From assembly GCF_009914755.1 (NCBI RefSeq), contig NC_060928.1: a DNA stretch of 64,000 nucleotides. One strand, 5' to 3'. Every line of letters starts with the position of its first letter. The stretch's first letter is position 1. The DNA is from the human T2T-CHM13v2.0 reference genome, Homo sapiens. Made by a program: the position numbers and the translations under genes. Positions 13,421 to 27,818 of the stretch are shown in pieces. The notes under the pieces were generated by a model. The model ran no database searches. It was not told the origin of the DNA and worked only from the letters and a program-made list of their open reading frames with translations.

Positions 13421-13923
13421 ATTTTCCCAGTACAGTGGTAAAGACAAATACAAAATTGATTGCATGGCATGGTTCCCAATTTAAAAGAATTTACAGCTTC
13501 TTTAGGAGATGAAGTCACCTATGAATAAAGCAGATTTGAAAACAACTTCAGATATTGGTGGTATATTATGAAGTCTCTTTTATAAGTATCTTTATCATCT
13601 TAGTAATGAACTATTATTTATTAATAATAAAGGTTTCCAAAGTTTTCAGGTTTCCACAAATTTCTTATGAATGGGTTTCAGATTGTATCAAATGTATTTC
13701 TAAATATTTTGAGATAATAGTATGATTGTATTAATATTATTACTCCATTAGCTTTCTGAGTAATATTGATTGATTTTCAAATAGGAAGTCATTCTGGAAT
13801 ATGTCCTGCTTGGTTTTTGGTGTAAATTCTGTCACTGAATTTTGTTGGTTTATATTTGTTTAGGGCTTTTGCTTCTGAATTAATAAATGAGATTGGCTTG
13901 TACTTTTCTTTTATTATCATGAC

Positions 13924-14297
13924 TGATATGTCCGGCTCTGTGTCTCCACCCAAATCTCATCCTGAATTGTAATCCCCACATATTGGGAGAGGGACCTCTT
14001 CAGACGTGATTGAATAATGGGGGCAGTTCCTCTGTGCTCTTCTCATGATAGTAAGTGAATTCTAATGAGATCTGATGGTTTTGTGAGGGACTTTACCCCA
14101 CTTCACTCTGCACTTCTCTCGTTCTTCTCCTTCCTGCAGCCATGTGAAGAACGTGTTTGCTTCCCATTCTGCCATAATTGTAAGTTTCATGAGGCCTCCC
14201 CAGCCATGCTGAACTGTGAGTCAATTAAACCTCTTCCCTTATAAATTACCCAGTCTCAAGTATGTCTTTATTAGCAGTGTGAGAACAGACTAATACA
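13924..14297 (+). mobile_element. THE1 (THE1C-like) solo LTR, ERVL-MaLR
   Basis: TGATATG...CTAATACA termini; perfect 5-bp TSD ATGAC (13919-13923 and 14298-14302). Confidence 0.95.
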
Positions 14298-17200
14298 ATG
14301 ACTGTGCCAAGTTTTGCTATCAAGGTAATGCTGACTTCATTTAAAAAGTTGAGAAATATTTTCTGTCTTCTTATTTGCTCTTACAGTTTATGTAAGAGAG
14401 ATGTCATTCTGTCCTTAAATATATGATACAATTCATCAGTGAAGCAATCTGAGCCAGAGTGATAGACGATTAATACTGAATATATATCAAAAGTCTTAAT
14501 TGTTTATTTTTTATGGGAGTTTTGATAGGTTTATTTTTTTAGACCTTGTACATTTCATTTAAATTATCAAAATTATTGACCTAGCTTTTTCATAATACAT
14601 GCTATTTTTTTCTCTAAAATTAGATGTATCTTTGTTTATATATTTTCAAATTTATTATATTACTTAATTATTAGTTACTCGTTCTTTATTAGTCTTCCTA
14701 GCTGTTTGAAGTGTTTGTCAGTTGTATTGGTTTTTGCAAAGAACTACCTTCTGACTTAGTTACACCTCTACTTATAGGTTTATTTTCTGCTTTAAACATA
14801 TCTGTTTGTTCCCATAAAGCTTTCTATATTTTGTTATTGTCAGGCATAATTTGCTGTGATTTTTCTGATGACCTTTAGTATAGTCTTGGATTATTAATGT
14901 TCCAGCTTTCTTCTTTTTAATGTACACATGTATGGCTCTACATTTTCTTTCAGTGAAATATAGATGTATCTCTCAACTTTTGATATATCATATTTACACA
15001 TTCCCATTTCTATATTTGCTTTAAACCTAAAAGTTATAAGAAATGCATTTTATGAATTCAAATTATTTATTAGATTTCTACCTTTTCTTTTGTTAATGAT
15101 TTCCATCTTAACTCCACTGGATCTGAAACATATTCTAAGATTTTATTCACTTGAAATTGTTGTTCCTTGCTTTATGCATCAGCATATGTTCAATTTCAGT
15201 AAATTATCTTTGAGCAATTTAAAGAGATCTTTATTCTTCATTCAGTAGGTGCAATGTTGTGTATATGATAATTAGTCCACGTTTGTTGACTTAGTTTTTG
15301 TTAAACTCTTGTATATGTTTCTAATTTTCAGTCTACTTGTTCTGCTACTGAGAAAATTATTTGAAAATCTCCAAATATAATAGTGTATTTATCTTTTTTC
15401 TTTTTAGTTGCTGCCAATTTTGTTAGCTATATTTGAAGTTATATTAATGGGTCTTACCATTTAGAATCGCTATATATTCCTGTCATAACAAAAGTTTTTC
15501 ATAAAATGTCACTCTTTAGCTAACAAGATGTTTCATCTTATCTGCAGTTTAAACATTTTTATTAGATTTCTTTTCTTTTGTATTTGCATGGCATATATTT
15601 TTCAATTATTCTAATTTTATTTTTCTAAGTGTGTTTCTTCTAAGTAGCATATAGTTGCTGTTTCTTAACCAGTCTCTTTGGTTTTGCCATTTAATTATGA
15701 CATTTAGCATAATAAACTATTAGCATTTAATTTGTCTCACTTAATCTATGCCTCTGTTTTTCATTACTTGACATCTTTGAATTATTGTTTTCATTCCGCA
15801 TTTTTACATCAATTATTTTTTTCTATGCAATCTTGAAGCATTTTGAATGACAGTTCTTCTAGAGATTGTAATGCAGATTTTTGACTTATTCAAGTCTATG
15901 GATAACGTTTATTGGTTAATGCAGGACATAAAATATTAACTTCATAATGTTCTCAAGCTGCATTTAAGATTTCCTTTTTGTCTTTGTTTTATTGCAGTTT
16001 TACTATTATTTACCAAGGTTTAGTATTCTTTCATAGTTTCTTGCAGACTTTGATGGCTATTAAATGTAAGCGGATTTTTAAATATACTTATATGAGGTAT
16101 AATTTATTTACAATATAGTGCATCTATTTAAGTTGTGCAGTTGGAATACTTATCACTTCAGTACCATTTTGGTTAGAATTGCAGAGAAAAGACATTCATG
16201 CTTTTTTCTCAATCTTAGAAGGAAAGCACTTCGTTTGTTGTTTTTTTTTTAAATCACAGTTTATGATGTTACCTGAAGGCTTTTCCATATATGCCACTCA
16301 TTAGGTTAATGAAGTTCTCTACTACTCCTAATTTGCCAATTTATTTTATCATGAATGTGTGTTGAATTTTTTCAATGCACAAAAGCAGTTTTGCTTTTTC
16401 TTCATCTATTGAAATGGTCATAGTTTCTTTTATTTTTACCTTTTAATATTTTTTATGTTGAATTTGGCATATTTATCCTAGACATTGTGAATATCAATGA
16501 GGTAACCACCAGCCCCTCTGCAATTGGAAACCTGAAGCATAGATAGATGTGGCAGGCACAACTCTTGCACCATTGCAGCAGCAGCCTAGGAATGAGTGAG
16601 GAGGGTGACTCCAACATCATCTGGGTGCCATTCACTTCTCATGACCTTGGAAAGAGTACTTTTATATTGCTCTGGGTTCCATTATATAGTTTCAAAGACT
16701 GTTTTTGTTTTTGTTGAAAATTAACTTGGTAATGCTCAAACTGCAAATTTGCCACATCCAAAATGTGTAGCAGCTTGGATCACAGTTTAGAATGCTTTTC
16801 ATCTACCCTGCATATGAGCAGTTCATAAGTCAGGGAGATACAATGCAGAGATTATGCACTAAACTGGGCATGTACTCTCTCTGACTTCTTTTTGGGGCTC
16901 CCTCTGTGTGCTGTCCTGTGGCCCTATGTCTAAGTCTCCTTGTTTTGAATACCCTAGCCTAGAAGATGGCAGAGTTTAGCCAGGAAATGCAAAGTTCACA
17001 ACAAATCGGATACTTCTAGCAAAGTTCTCCTGCTTTAGTTCACTGAGACAGTTGTTTTTGATTTTAGAGTAAATAGTTATATATTTAGATGATTTATTTA
17101 TTAGGAGCCTAATCTTTCATACCAAAAGTGAATTTGAGTTTGGACAGGTTTTGAAGGGCTTCATAGGGCTTGGTGAAATTTTGACTTGATGTGTTTCATT

Positions 17201-17427
17201 AATTTTGGAAAATTCTATACTGTTATCTCTGCAAATACTTATTCACTCCATTTTCTTAATTTTCCCATTCTGTGACTTGAAATACACTTTATATTTGGCC
17301 TTTTAAATATACGCTATGTATGGAATGACGACGTATCTTGGTTTTACTGACCAAAGTTTATAAATATTTATTGAACTAATTTGGTAACCAAATTTTACTC
17401 TCAAACCTTCCAGTTTAGAAATTAATT

Positions 17428-17705
17428 GTGGTTATGCACCACATAATGACATTTCTGTCAAGAACAGATCACGTATACATTAGTAGTTTCATATGATTAT
17501 AATGCCATATTATAATATTTAGTTCAGTAACATTCCATACACCTTTGTAGTCTAGAAGCAATAGTCTATACTACATAGTCTAGGTGTGTAGTAGGCTATA
17601 CCATCTAGGTTTGTGTAAGTACGCTCTATGATGTTCTCACAGTGAAGTAATCACCTAAGGACAAATTTCTCAGATCATATTCTTGTCATTAAATAGCATG
17701 AATAT
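17428..17705. mobile_element. Tigger3a/MER7A-like TcMar-Tigger element
   Basis: TAGGTGTGTAGTAGGCTATACCATCTAGGTTTGTGTAAGTAC core and degenerate termini. Confidence 0.8.
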
Positions 17706-17748
17706 ATTGTCATCTTATCCATATTCTTATTTTAACCTTTTGTGTGGT

Positions 17749-17780
<32 letters not shown>
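17749..17780 (+). repeat. (GTT)n microsatellite
   Basis: About 10 perfect units. Confidence 0.95.
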
Positions 17781-17781
<1 letters not shown>

Positions 17782-18187
17782 TTGGTCTTTTCAAATATCA
17801 GTCTCAATGTTCACTTGAGACCTATTTCCCTGTTCACCAATTTTCTTTACCTATAACTAATTTATTATTAAACACATTGACTGAGTTCTTAAGTTGGGTT
17901 ACAGTATTTTTTCTATTTATATTCCTCAAGATTTTTTATACGTTTCTTAAAATATTTTCTCCATCTCAATTTCTGTAATCATTTATATTATTTTCTCTGA
18001 ATTTCTCCCATTACCTAGGTCCTCTCTAGGTCTCCTTTTACTATCTATTATTCCTCTTGCTTTTCAGTGCTGTGGCATTGCCTCCCTAAATGTCTTATTT
18101 TTAATTGCACACTAGACTTTATACATAAATTATAAGAATGATTTAAGATACTGACATTTTGTTCATAAAAGAGTACTTATATCTACC

Positions 18188-18295
18188 TTATATAGCTACA
18201 CAGCTATATACATATATACATATCTACATAGTTGTGCTATGTAGCTTATATAGCTACATAGCTATATGCATACATATCTACATAGCTGTGCTATG
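18188..18295. repeat. Imperfect ~55-bp direct repeat with nested palindromes
   Basis: CTTATATAGCTAC..CATATCTACATAG.TGTGCTATG occurs twice. Confidence 0.85.
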
Positions 18296-18960
18296 GACAC
18301 TAGCAATCTCAGAAGACATTAATCCAATCAATTTGAGATTTTTCAAACCTGAGTTTATCCCTGTGAGAGCCCATCTATTTGTAGTTTATCCTTACTTCAA
18401 AGGTTTATCCTCCTAGGAATCTCCACCCAAAGACTGGGCAATACTCTAAGGACACACTTCTTTGGAAAATCCCTCAACCCCAAACTTTGAGTCCATGAAG
18501 TATTTTGAGTTTGCAAAGTAAGTTGAAAGAAATTTTCTGGATATCACAGGACTGAGAAATTAACTTGAAATAATTTAAGAAGCTCTCTTAATTAATGCAG
18601 GAAATGTTTTAAATTATCTACAATATGGTACATAGTTTCAAATTATTAAACATCTCTATGTAAAGTAATTTAAATCCACCAACTTTTGGTAATAAATTGA
18701 AGATGAGAGACATTGGACGCACACAGCTGGCTTCATGAAATTTTTAAGGTAAAGTTACTTAATCTGTGTAGTTGATCAAAAAGACCATCATGGTTCATTA
18801 TATCTAATTGTAGGAAAATGAGAATAGAATTTGCTTATGTTATGTCTTCCACATGACTGACAGGAACATATGCTAATAAATATGCCATGTCATTACTCCT
18901 TACACTTTAAATAAAGTAAAAGAAAACAAGGAATCTTACTTATTCTGGTGCCTTCTTGTC

Positions 18961-18987
18961 AAAAAAAAAAAAAAAAAAAAAAAAAAA
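18961..18987 (+). repeat. Poly(A) tract
   Basis: 27 consecutive A. Confidence 0.95.
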
Positions 18988-19779
18988 CCTCAGGGAAAAA
19001 ATACTGTTCTAAGAAGTTGAGTTTGTGATTTTAAGATTTTTGCAAACTTGATGCTTTTATTATGAACCACAGAATCTTTTTTCATATCATTTATACATGG
19101 ACCATATGACCCATATAATTATTTTATTTTCATGTGTTCCATAAGCAAACCTATCAATCAGATTTTAAAGTAGGCCCACTGTTCCCCAGTAAAATGTTCA
19201 AACATCCCATGGGTGACACTACACAAACATCAATCACAGAAATCTAGTTCTGATATCCCAAAACATTGTTGCCAATGTGTAGAAAGGAAGAAGCAAAACT
19301 GATTATAAGAGCCAAATGAGGATGACTTCTCAACTCCTTCTAGTGAATTTCATTATTTACAAATTTCACTGGACAATTAGTGAATGATCAACCACATAAA
19401 GCTTTTGTTCCATTGGAGGAAGCTATATAATTCTGCTGATCTTGTGGGAAATTTTCTGATGCTAGCCATTGTTATACCAAAAACAGGATGAGCTTTGATC
19501 GGAGTTTTGCAGCTATATTTGAATTAGAAGAGTTATTGAAGCCTATATTCTATATTACTAACATTATCAAGTTAGAGTGAAGAAAGTTACCACCCTGTTT
19601 ATTTTTTTACAACATAACTTAGAAGATAGCATCAATTCTTTCAAAACCCCAACAAAATAATATTTTTATAAATCAATTGCTGAATTACATATCCCATAAA
19701 ATGTCATTTAAAACTGAAATTGTCAGAGAATGAAGGGGAAGAATAAGAGATTGAAAACCAATACTTTGCACTGAGAATA

Positions 19780-19990
19780 AATACATCAGGTATTTGATAT
19801 AGTGTTATCTCATTTAATTTTATAATCACCATGTAAAGTAAACATGAGTGTACCATTTCATATATGAATAACCGGAGGCTTATAACAGTAAAATGAGATG
19901 ACAGAAGTTGTAACTAGTGGAAAACCCCAAGATTTTAACTCATGTCTGAATGACTTAAAGCTATGAGAGTTTCTATTCCAAACAGCTATG
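19780..19990. mobile_element. MIR
   Basis: TCTCATTTAAT..CCATTTCATATATGAATAACCGGAGGCT MIR core. Confidence 0.6.
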
Positions 19991-22900
19991 CTTCACTGAA
20001 AGATCTGTTTCAGCATTGATATAAATAATCTATGTAGAACATATTTTCAAATTATTTGCATTCAGTAGAATATGAATATACTGATTATTCCAAATTCATA
20101 CTGATAATTCAATAGGCAATTTAGGATTTGACAGAACCTCAAGTTCATCTTTCAAGCAGGAATAATTAAGGTCCATACATACACGGAAAATTCTGACAAA
20201 GCTTTCTAATTGTGTGGCTTCTATTTAACAGGATTCTTTTTTACTTAGAAATGAATATCACTGTGAACCTTATTTTGAATAATATTACAAATGCTCCATG
20301 GCTATGGGCACAATAACCCATACATAGTCCAAAGAAATATCATTGAAACAATGCAATCGATTGACCAGAAAATATTGAAAGTCTCCTGTTATTCCCACTC
20401 GGATCTAATCATACTGAGAAACAGTGAATGTGAGATGCTCTCTGGGCTGATGGACTTGAATGTAGCAGTGAAATTCACTTATATCATTATTATTTAGTAA
20501 ATTAAAACTTGCCACAAATCTTCAGATTCTATACATTTTGTTTAACATTAGTTCAGATTATATTTGTTAAATTATTAGTTTTTCTGGTCCTGTCATTATG
20601 TATATAAGAAAGAAAGAGAAAATGATTTTAAAATATTTTTCTTAACTGAAAAATTGCTTTGTCTAGGGTCAACACACGGTCTTTTAGTGAGATTAAAAAG
20701 CTAATCCCATGTTCTGTTTTCAACAAATGAGTAGCCAGCATCTCTACTGACTAAACAAGGGGTGCCATGACTTTGGTTGATTCATATCAGCTGGTGCCTG
20801 ATAGATGTCATCATTAGACCATGCTGACCATCATCAGACCATGCTGCCTCTATATCCCTAGTGTATTTTGTGCGGGAATTTCTACTTATTCCTTTGAAGG
20901 TACCTATACAGTTCATATATTCGTATATTTACTCAACTAATATCAAGAGTTTATTATATAAACTCTGAGACATGAAGACTGAGAGAAAATAAATCCAACA
21001 ATCAAGGGAAATTCCAAGTAAAATTTTAAAAGCCAACTCATCTTATTTTTTTTTTTCCAGATAATCCCATGGCTTATCAGGAAGCACACTGAAATATCTT
21101 TATCTACTTTCAACACACTTTACCCAGTTACTTAGGCCAATCACCACTACTTATGAAAATAAGGAAAAGTAGCTACAGAGTTACATAGACTCTACGAAAA
21201 GTAGCCTATATGCTGTTTGTGCTTCTAGCCAGTACTGCAGACATCTGAAAACACTACGTGGGGAGTTTCATTGTAAATACAGCCAGTTCTGCAATTAAAT
21301 CTCGTATGTTCTTAGGAATCACTATGCTAAACAAAATCAAACCATTAAAAAAATCTACTCAACCATGGAAAATTTGGTCATGAACAACGCTTGAAATCTT
21401 CAAGAGTAACACATTTAAGAAATGATAGCAACCAAAAAAAGTAGCAAAATTTTGCATGTTACATGGTTAGGAAATACATAAATCCTGCAATTAATATGGC
21501 ATTTTATTTGAAAAGAAAGTTTGCTTATCAGGAGGTGGTGGAAGTGTTACCTGAAAGTTACATACCACATGTGGACAGGTGTGGCTCATCACACATGCTG
21601 TGATGAACTAAGGAGTGTGTTACATGTGTGTAGTTTGTGTATCCTACCAGGCTCAGTTGACCGGGGACAGTTTCCCATATTCACTTAGAGTTTCTCAGGG
21701 ATGAAATTGCCCATAAATAAATGCAAAATTAATGTTACACTCAAATTGTTCCCTAGCATGTCAAACACATTGGAATAAATTTACATCTTCTAAACAAGCA
21801 TCATAGAATAACTGACCATATTAGAACTCGGTGACTGAGCAATATTCTGATTAGAACCAAGAAGTCAAGAAATATACTGATAAATTTGCACATAGGGCTC
21901 TTATACTGCCAGCAATTTACTTTAAAATCTTTCTGAATAGGCAAAATGACAAGTAAGTGTAAATTTGTTTTAATCTACACCCTATTGGTACTTACTAATC
22001 TGAGGACTTTCAGTCAGAAATAGCTCTTCAGGGGTGCTTGGTTTTCATTTGAAATGTTCAAGTGTTAAACCCATATTCAGAGATGCTACTGTTTCAATTA
22101 CCTTTATCTCTCATCCAGCTTCCAACAGAACCTTTGTTCTGATACTGGTATCAGAGATGATATTCACTGGTAGGATGAAATTAAAATATGTGAAACAGCA
22201 ATAAATATTATATAGATACTTCCTTATTTGTATGAAGAAGCTATAGCATTTAAAGTTTAGTGGTCTGATAGATCCTCTGTCCAGAAAAGTTACAGGCAGA
22301 TTGTATAACCTCATTCATAAATCAAATTTTGTTAGAATATTGTTGCATGTATCTTGACGATGCTTTAAGAAAGATACAATCAAACATTCCTAAAAGTTTA
22401 GCAAGCTGAGGCTTTATAAAAGCATGTGTGTGCTCTAGTTAACTGTTTACTTGTTGTATATGGCAGAATGAATTTGAGATTTGCATTTATTACCACTTGG
22501 TAGTAAGTTTAGGAGTTAAGAACCTAAGCTTCCACACATCTATAATATGGGCGATCTATGTATATTTAGTAAAAAAAAAAAATCACACAATAATAGCAAA
22601 TGACCAAACTGACCAAAGTTTGGTTGAGTTTATAGTAATTCTTACAATCAACCTGTTTCCTAGCTATAGTTCTTTTATACTCCATCTTAGCATTTTCCCT
22701 AAATTGTTTAATAAACTGGATAAAAATGTAGAATATAATATATATATTATATAAAAACATACCATATAATATTATATATTATATTATATATATATGGACA
22801 TCTTTATTGATAGTTTTATTTGCAAAACACTGGCATGGCCCTTCCAAGCCCTTTTGTATCCACAATACCATTTTATCACTTTAGCACTTTAACTGTGCTT

Positions 22901-24619
22901 TAGAATAGGGAACATCTCCATTTTACACACCAGGAGACTCTGGAAACACTGGGATGTCCAATGACTTGCTTAATGTTACTTAATTAGTCTGAGATAGAAT
23001 AAGAACCATTCATGGCTAATAGTCCCTTGTCCCATCCACTTGGGACCTTGTCACAAACAACACTCATGTTTTTGATGCAGCTTTAGAATTTGGATTCAGT
23101 CCGTAAAAAAAAAAAAAAAAAAATTCGTTTTAGAAAATTCGGATTTATGAAGTTTTCATTTTTGTTTGTTCAAATGTTATGCTTTTATTTGTATTTTGTA
23201 GAGAGCAAGGTCCATTATTATTACTCTAACAACCAAGAAAAATTAAGATCTGTCCTTGAATGGCCAATTCAGTTCAAAACGACAGGGCATGGATGAGCCC
23301 ATTGTGTAATCACAAGATTCTTTGTCTAAACCCCCTGGGGACTGTCTTAATGGAATCCCTCTTTCCATATTCTCACCACACTGCTTAGTCATTTAGCTGA
23401 GGCATGGTGAAATGAACAAGCGAGTTTTCAGCCCTGATCCTATCTCTCTCACACAGTCACACATTTATTCCTAGGAAATAATCTACCCCCTAGGAGTCTC
23501 CCACTGATTGTAAAGTGATTTTCTCACGCTGCATTTTCTGTAAACCTAATACAATGCCCTAAGTTTATAAGTTAGTAGAGAAATACAAATGACACCTGTG
23601 GAACCACATTCCCTTCTCTGAAATGTGCAGAAATTAATTGTATTGAGTATATCCAAAAGTATAGCTGCTCGGGGCAGACAAAATATGAGAGTGAGTAGAA
23701 TGATATTTTTGCAACATTGCCTTAAGGCTGAGTTGAAGACACTCTTGGGGATAAAATTCTCAATCATTCATGCACATACACAGTGAATTACCCTAGAAGT
23801 AAATTACAGCAAAGTGCTGTACAATGGTGAAATTATTGATTTAGTTTGGCATTTATCTTGAGTTAGATGTGGAAGATCAATTGTTAATATTGTCTTGATC
23901 ATTTCTAACAGTGCCCAGAGGCATATGAGCAATGGCGTGGTGTATGGACGGAAACGTAAATAAAGAAAAACAAATCCAAGAAGATCGTTCTCTACTTCAA
24001 TTTGTTTTTCCTTTAGAATTTACCCTTTGTCCTAGTGGAATTGTTATGCGTTTCCATTTGCACAGCAAGGACATTGTATTAAAAAAAGTCTCTTTCGAGA
24101 AATGTTAAATAATATTTAAAACTAAAGTTCATCTGAAGTTCATCTGTTTGTGGCAACAATTATTTCAATATGAACAACAAGACAGATTACTACATCTGTT
24201 TCCCAAATGTTACAAATTGTGTGAAGAAATAACAACTAAAGGTTCCCTGCCCAAGTCCTCTTATCTGTTTCTCTCACTTCTTGTTAGCCATTTGTGAAAA
24301 TTTTAGCAGTTGTACAATAGATTCATTTATTTTGGTTTTTATCTCTCACACTATTTATCAACTCAGTTTGAATTACAAAGAAAATAGTAGTGTGTAAGGA
24401 AAAATATGTAAAGCAAGGAAAAGGTAGAAATCAAGAAATTAAATATAAAGACAGACTCCTGAGGATAAGGTGAGCCCATCTGTGTTTCAAGCAGTTGACT
24501 TGCCCCTTCCCTACTTTGCTGTTTTCAAAAACAACTGACTACTCTGAATCAGTGTAACTGTTGGTATCAAATATGTAATCTGCATGCTTTGCCCTTGGGC
24601 AGTGCTCACAGTGGGTAAT

Positions 24620-24960
24620 GTATTCCTTTATTCACCCAAGAAAACATTTTTGTTGAGCACATGCTATACCAGATATTGCTCGAGATGCTAGGATCAGCAA
24701 TGAGTAAAGTAAATCAGGCTCCTGCCTTCAGGAAAATTACAGACTAGTGAGTGCATTAGAATATCACAACTATATCTCAGTTTTTAAATAAAGGATATAC
24801 AATCCCAAGTGATAATTGGTGCTCTGAAAAAAAATACCGCGGAATAAGTACCAAGGGTTAGGAACTATTATTTTACATAGTGTGTTCAGATCTTCTCTTA
24901 GGATGCGATGTTTTAGCAGGCTGAATGAAATAATGAAGCAAGTCAAAACAATATTTCTGA
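24620..24960. mobile_element. L2 3' fragment
   Basis: TTCACCCAAGAAAACATTTTTGTTGAGCAC..CTCCTGCCTTCAGGAAAATTACAGACTAGTG. Confidence 0.65.
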
Positions 24961-26010
24961 AAAGAGCTACTAAAAAGCCTTTCATCTCTTCAAAAATAAC
25001 ATACGGGAAAGCAACCTAATATCTAAGAGTTAGAATTTGCCTAACTCTCTGGGATTTCTGCTATTTTGGTATTGACAGTATCTTTCTTTTTGAACCCAAA
25101 ATACAACATTTTAATGAAATAAGCACAGCAATGACCGGTTCCTATTCTGTATCTTCGTAACCAGATCTCTAACTTATAAATAAATAAAATATGGAGAAAT
25201 CACACCCATTGTAGTCACTTATATCTTTCAAGCACTTGTTAGAAGCAAAATGAATGCACACTAAATGAATTAGAGGTATCTGGAAAGTGGCTGGTTTAGT
25301 ACGATCAAGAATATGGATTTTATTAAGATAGCAAGTGACTTTATACTTATTGGACCTAATTAATTCCATTTATAAGGATAGTAAAACAAATCTTCGCTCA
25401 TTGAAGGAATCATTTTTTACTTAATTGGTAATAAAATGATAGCTTCATATATTTAAAGGTTATTAAACTGTATTATTCCCCCTAATGAATATATTCATAA
25501 CAGAGAAAAAGAACACTTAACATGTTCACATTGTAACATAAATCTGTTAACCTTTAAATGTTTAAAATTGTATTCCTTGTCATCGTATTACTAAATCTTT
25601 AAAATTTGAACAACTATTATCCATAATCATCTTAATATTACATCAAAATCAGAATGTAGAATGTGTAGTAGCGCAATGATTTCCATGGTAACATCCAACC
25701 CTGTCATAAACACTTCAAGAGATAACAGCTTTATAAGGTAGTGGGACCCAAATGTAAAATTCTCTAGTAATTAGAAATAACAATCAAAGAAATTAAAGGA
25801 AATTGTGGGAAAAGCAAAGCGCCTTTTTGAAGAAGCAAAGCTATCTAATATTGTTTTATTTGGGCTCAAGTCTTTTATGAAAAATAAATCTGTATTAGTG
25901 CATAGCATGTGAATGGTAGCCAGTGTGTCATTTAGGGCACAATATCCTAACCTTCAAGCATAATAGAGACTGATGAGCAGTAGATGCCCAGACCAATGTG
26001 AGCTAGATTA

Positions 26011-26327
<317 letters not shown>

Positions 26328-26874
26328 ACAAGATCTCTCAGAAGTAGAATGCTTGCACACATGAGATAAATAACAAACTATTCTAACTATTATTTAAAGA
26401 GATGAGAGAATTAAATTTTCAAAAGTAATTTTTCTTGGAATTAAACTACCAAGGAACATTTATTTGATTTTCTTCTATAGAATATTTTGATACCTTTATA
26501 TGATTTCCTTTAAAAATAAACATTAATTAAAAATTATTCATTTTTCTTTAAAATTTTTGCCTTATAATACATGTTCCAATATCAATGATTTGCTGTTCTC
26601 TAATCATTGCTATTGTATTTAAATTTTCAGAAATTTGCCTTGGATTCAGATAGTTCCTCAGCCAATATTTGTTTATTTGTTTTTTAAGGCAATATGTGTA
26701 TGAACATATTATTATCTATGTCTATAGATCTGTTGATTATAACTATTTTGACAAGGGGTTAGGGAAGAAGTAGGGCATATAAACTTTTGGTATTCTATAG
26801 GCAACTTAATTATTTTAATGATTTTTTAAATGATCAAATTTTCAAATTGTTATGTTCATGGTATGACCATACAT

Positions 26875-27022
26875 AAATCAGCAGATTTCCTAATGAATTG
26901 GTCTTTACTTCCTAATGAATATATATTTGGTAGCCAAGTTCTAATGTGGAATATATATAAGTGAAATAATCAATGGGATGAAATCATCACGTTTCCCTTA
27001 GTACATATTGTGCAGGAGGCAC
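26875..27022 (+). repeat. Local duplication, copy A (pairs with 27819-27965)
   Basis: 64-bp identical core 26922-26985 = 27865-27928, with diverged flanks. Confidence 0.95.
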
Positions 27023-27183
27023 ATTTTAGTATTACAATTTATTAAGAATCTCAAAACCACAGAATACGTTCATCTCAAGTTTGCGCAGAAGATGCACTTG
27101 GGGACCAATAGTGGACCTCAAAATATCTAATGTGCTTTAGTTTTTAGCCTATCCTTGCTGCAGTTCCCCATATCTTACAACCT

Positions 27184-27345
27184 TGCTGCTCATAGCGTGG
27201 TTCAAGAAAGAGCAGCATTGACAGGCCACCTGGGACCTTGCTGTAATTGCAGAATCTTCAGGCCACACTGAAGACCAGATTCAGAATCCATACTTTCACA
27301 AGCTCCCTAAATGATTTGTGGGTATATTATATTATAAAGAAGTCT
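27184..27345. mobile_element. MER5-family hAT element
   Basis: GCAGCAT..CACCTGGGA.CTTG..TGCAGAATCT.CAGGCC..CAGAATC motifs. Confidence 0.6.
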
Positions 27346-27403
27346 AGATCGTGCTTGGGATATTCGTTTACAAATAAGCAATCCACACTCCTTACATAGT
27401 CTG

Positions 27404-27575
27404 TTGTGGTTAAGAACATGTAACATGAGATCTAACTTCTTGACAAATTTTAAGTGTACAATACAATATTATTAACCGTAGGCACAATGCTGTACAGCAG
27501 ATCTCTAGAACGTTTTCATCTTGCACAACTGAAACGTTAAAGCTGTTAGATAACAGCTCATTTCCTCCTCCCTAT
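27404..27575 (-). mobile_element. L1MA9/L1MB-type 3' end
   Basis: AACATGAGATCTA..AAATTTTAAGTGTACAATACA..TGTACAGCAGATCTCTAGAAC. Confidence 0.8.
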
Positions 27576-27818
27576 TAACTTCTGCCCTAATAGATTAAAC
27601 CATATAAAACAATGTCCGCAAAGCTATGAGTTACCTGATTCCTTACCTGTCTGTAAAATAGGGCATTGAGTTTGCAAAAGCAGTTCAGTAACAATCGCTA
27701 GGTCTATAATTCTGATGCCTCTGATGGTGCATCAAAATATAAGATTATATTAGCAAAACACATAGGCTTTCTAGAGAAAAAATAAATTATCCAAAATTTA
27801 GGTGTTTTGTGTATTTTT

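Larger units (their letters stand above)
13600..18400 (-). mobile_element. Fragmented ancient L1M, interrupted by THE1 and Tigger3
   Basis: Antisense ORF2 motifs such as GAGATTGGCTTGTACTTTTC..TTTTGCTATCAAGGTAATGCTGACTTCAT are continuous across the THE1 insertion; boundaries approximate. Confidence 0.6.

Noticed and set aside
20809-20848. Short tandem or near-tandem duplications (also 32780-32824, 37609-37683, 41509-41555, 45956-45990)
   Set aside because: Ordinary replication-slippage products with no sign of function.
21040-21140. Strong splice acceptor T(n)CCAG at 21060
   Set aside because: No convincing downstream donor or recognisable coding frame; poly(T) tracts give such matches by chance.
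22733-22795. 20-bp TA palindrome (similar ones at ~32235-32260)
   Set aside because: Low-complexity (TA)-rich sequence in which palindromes are expected.
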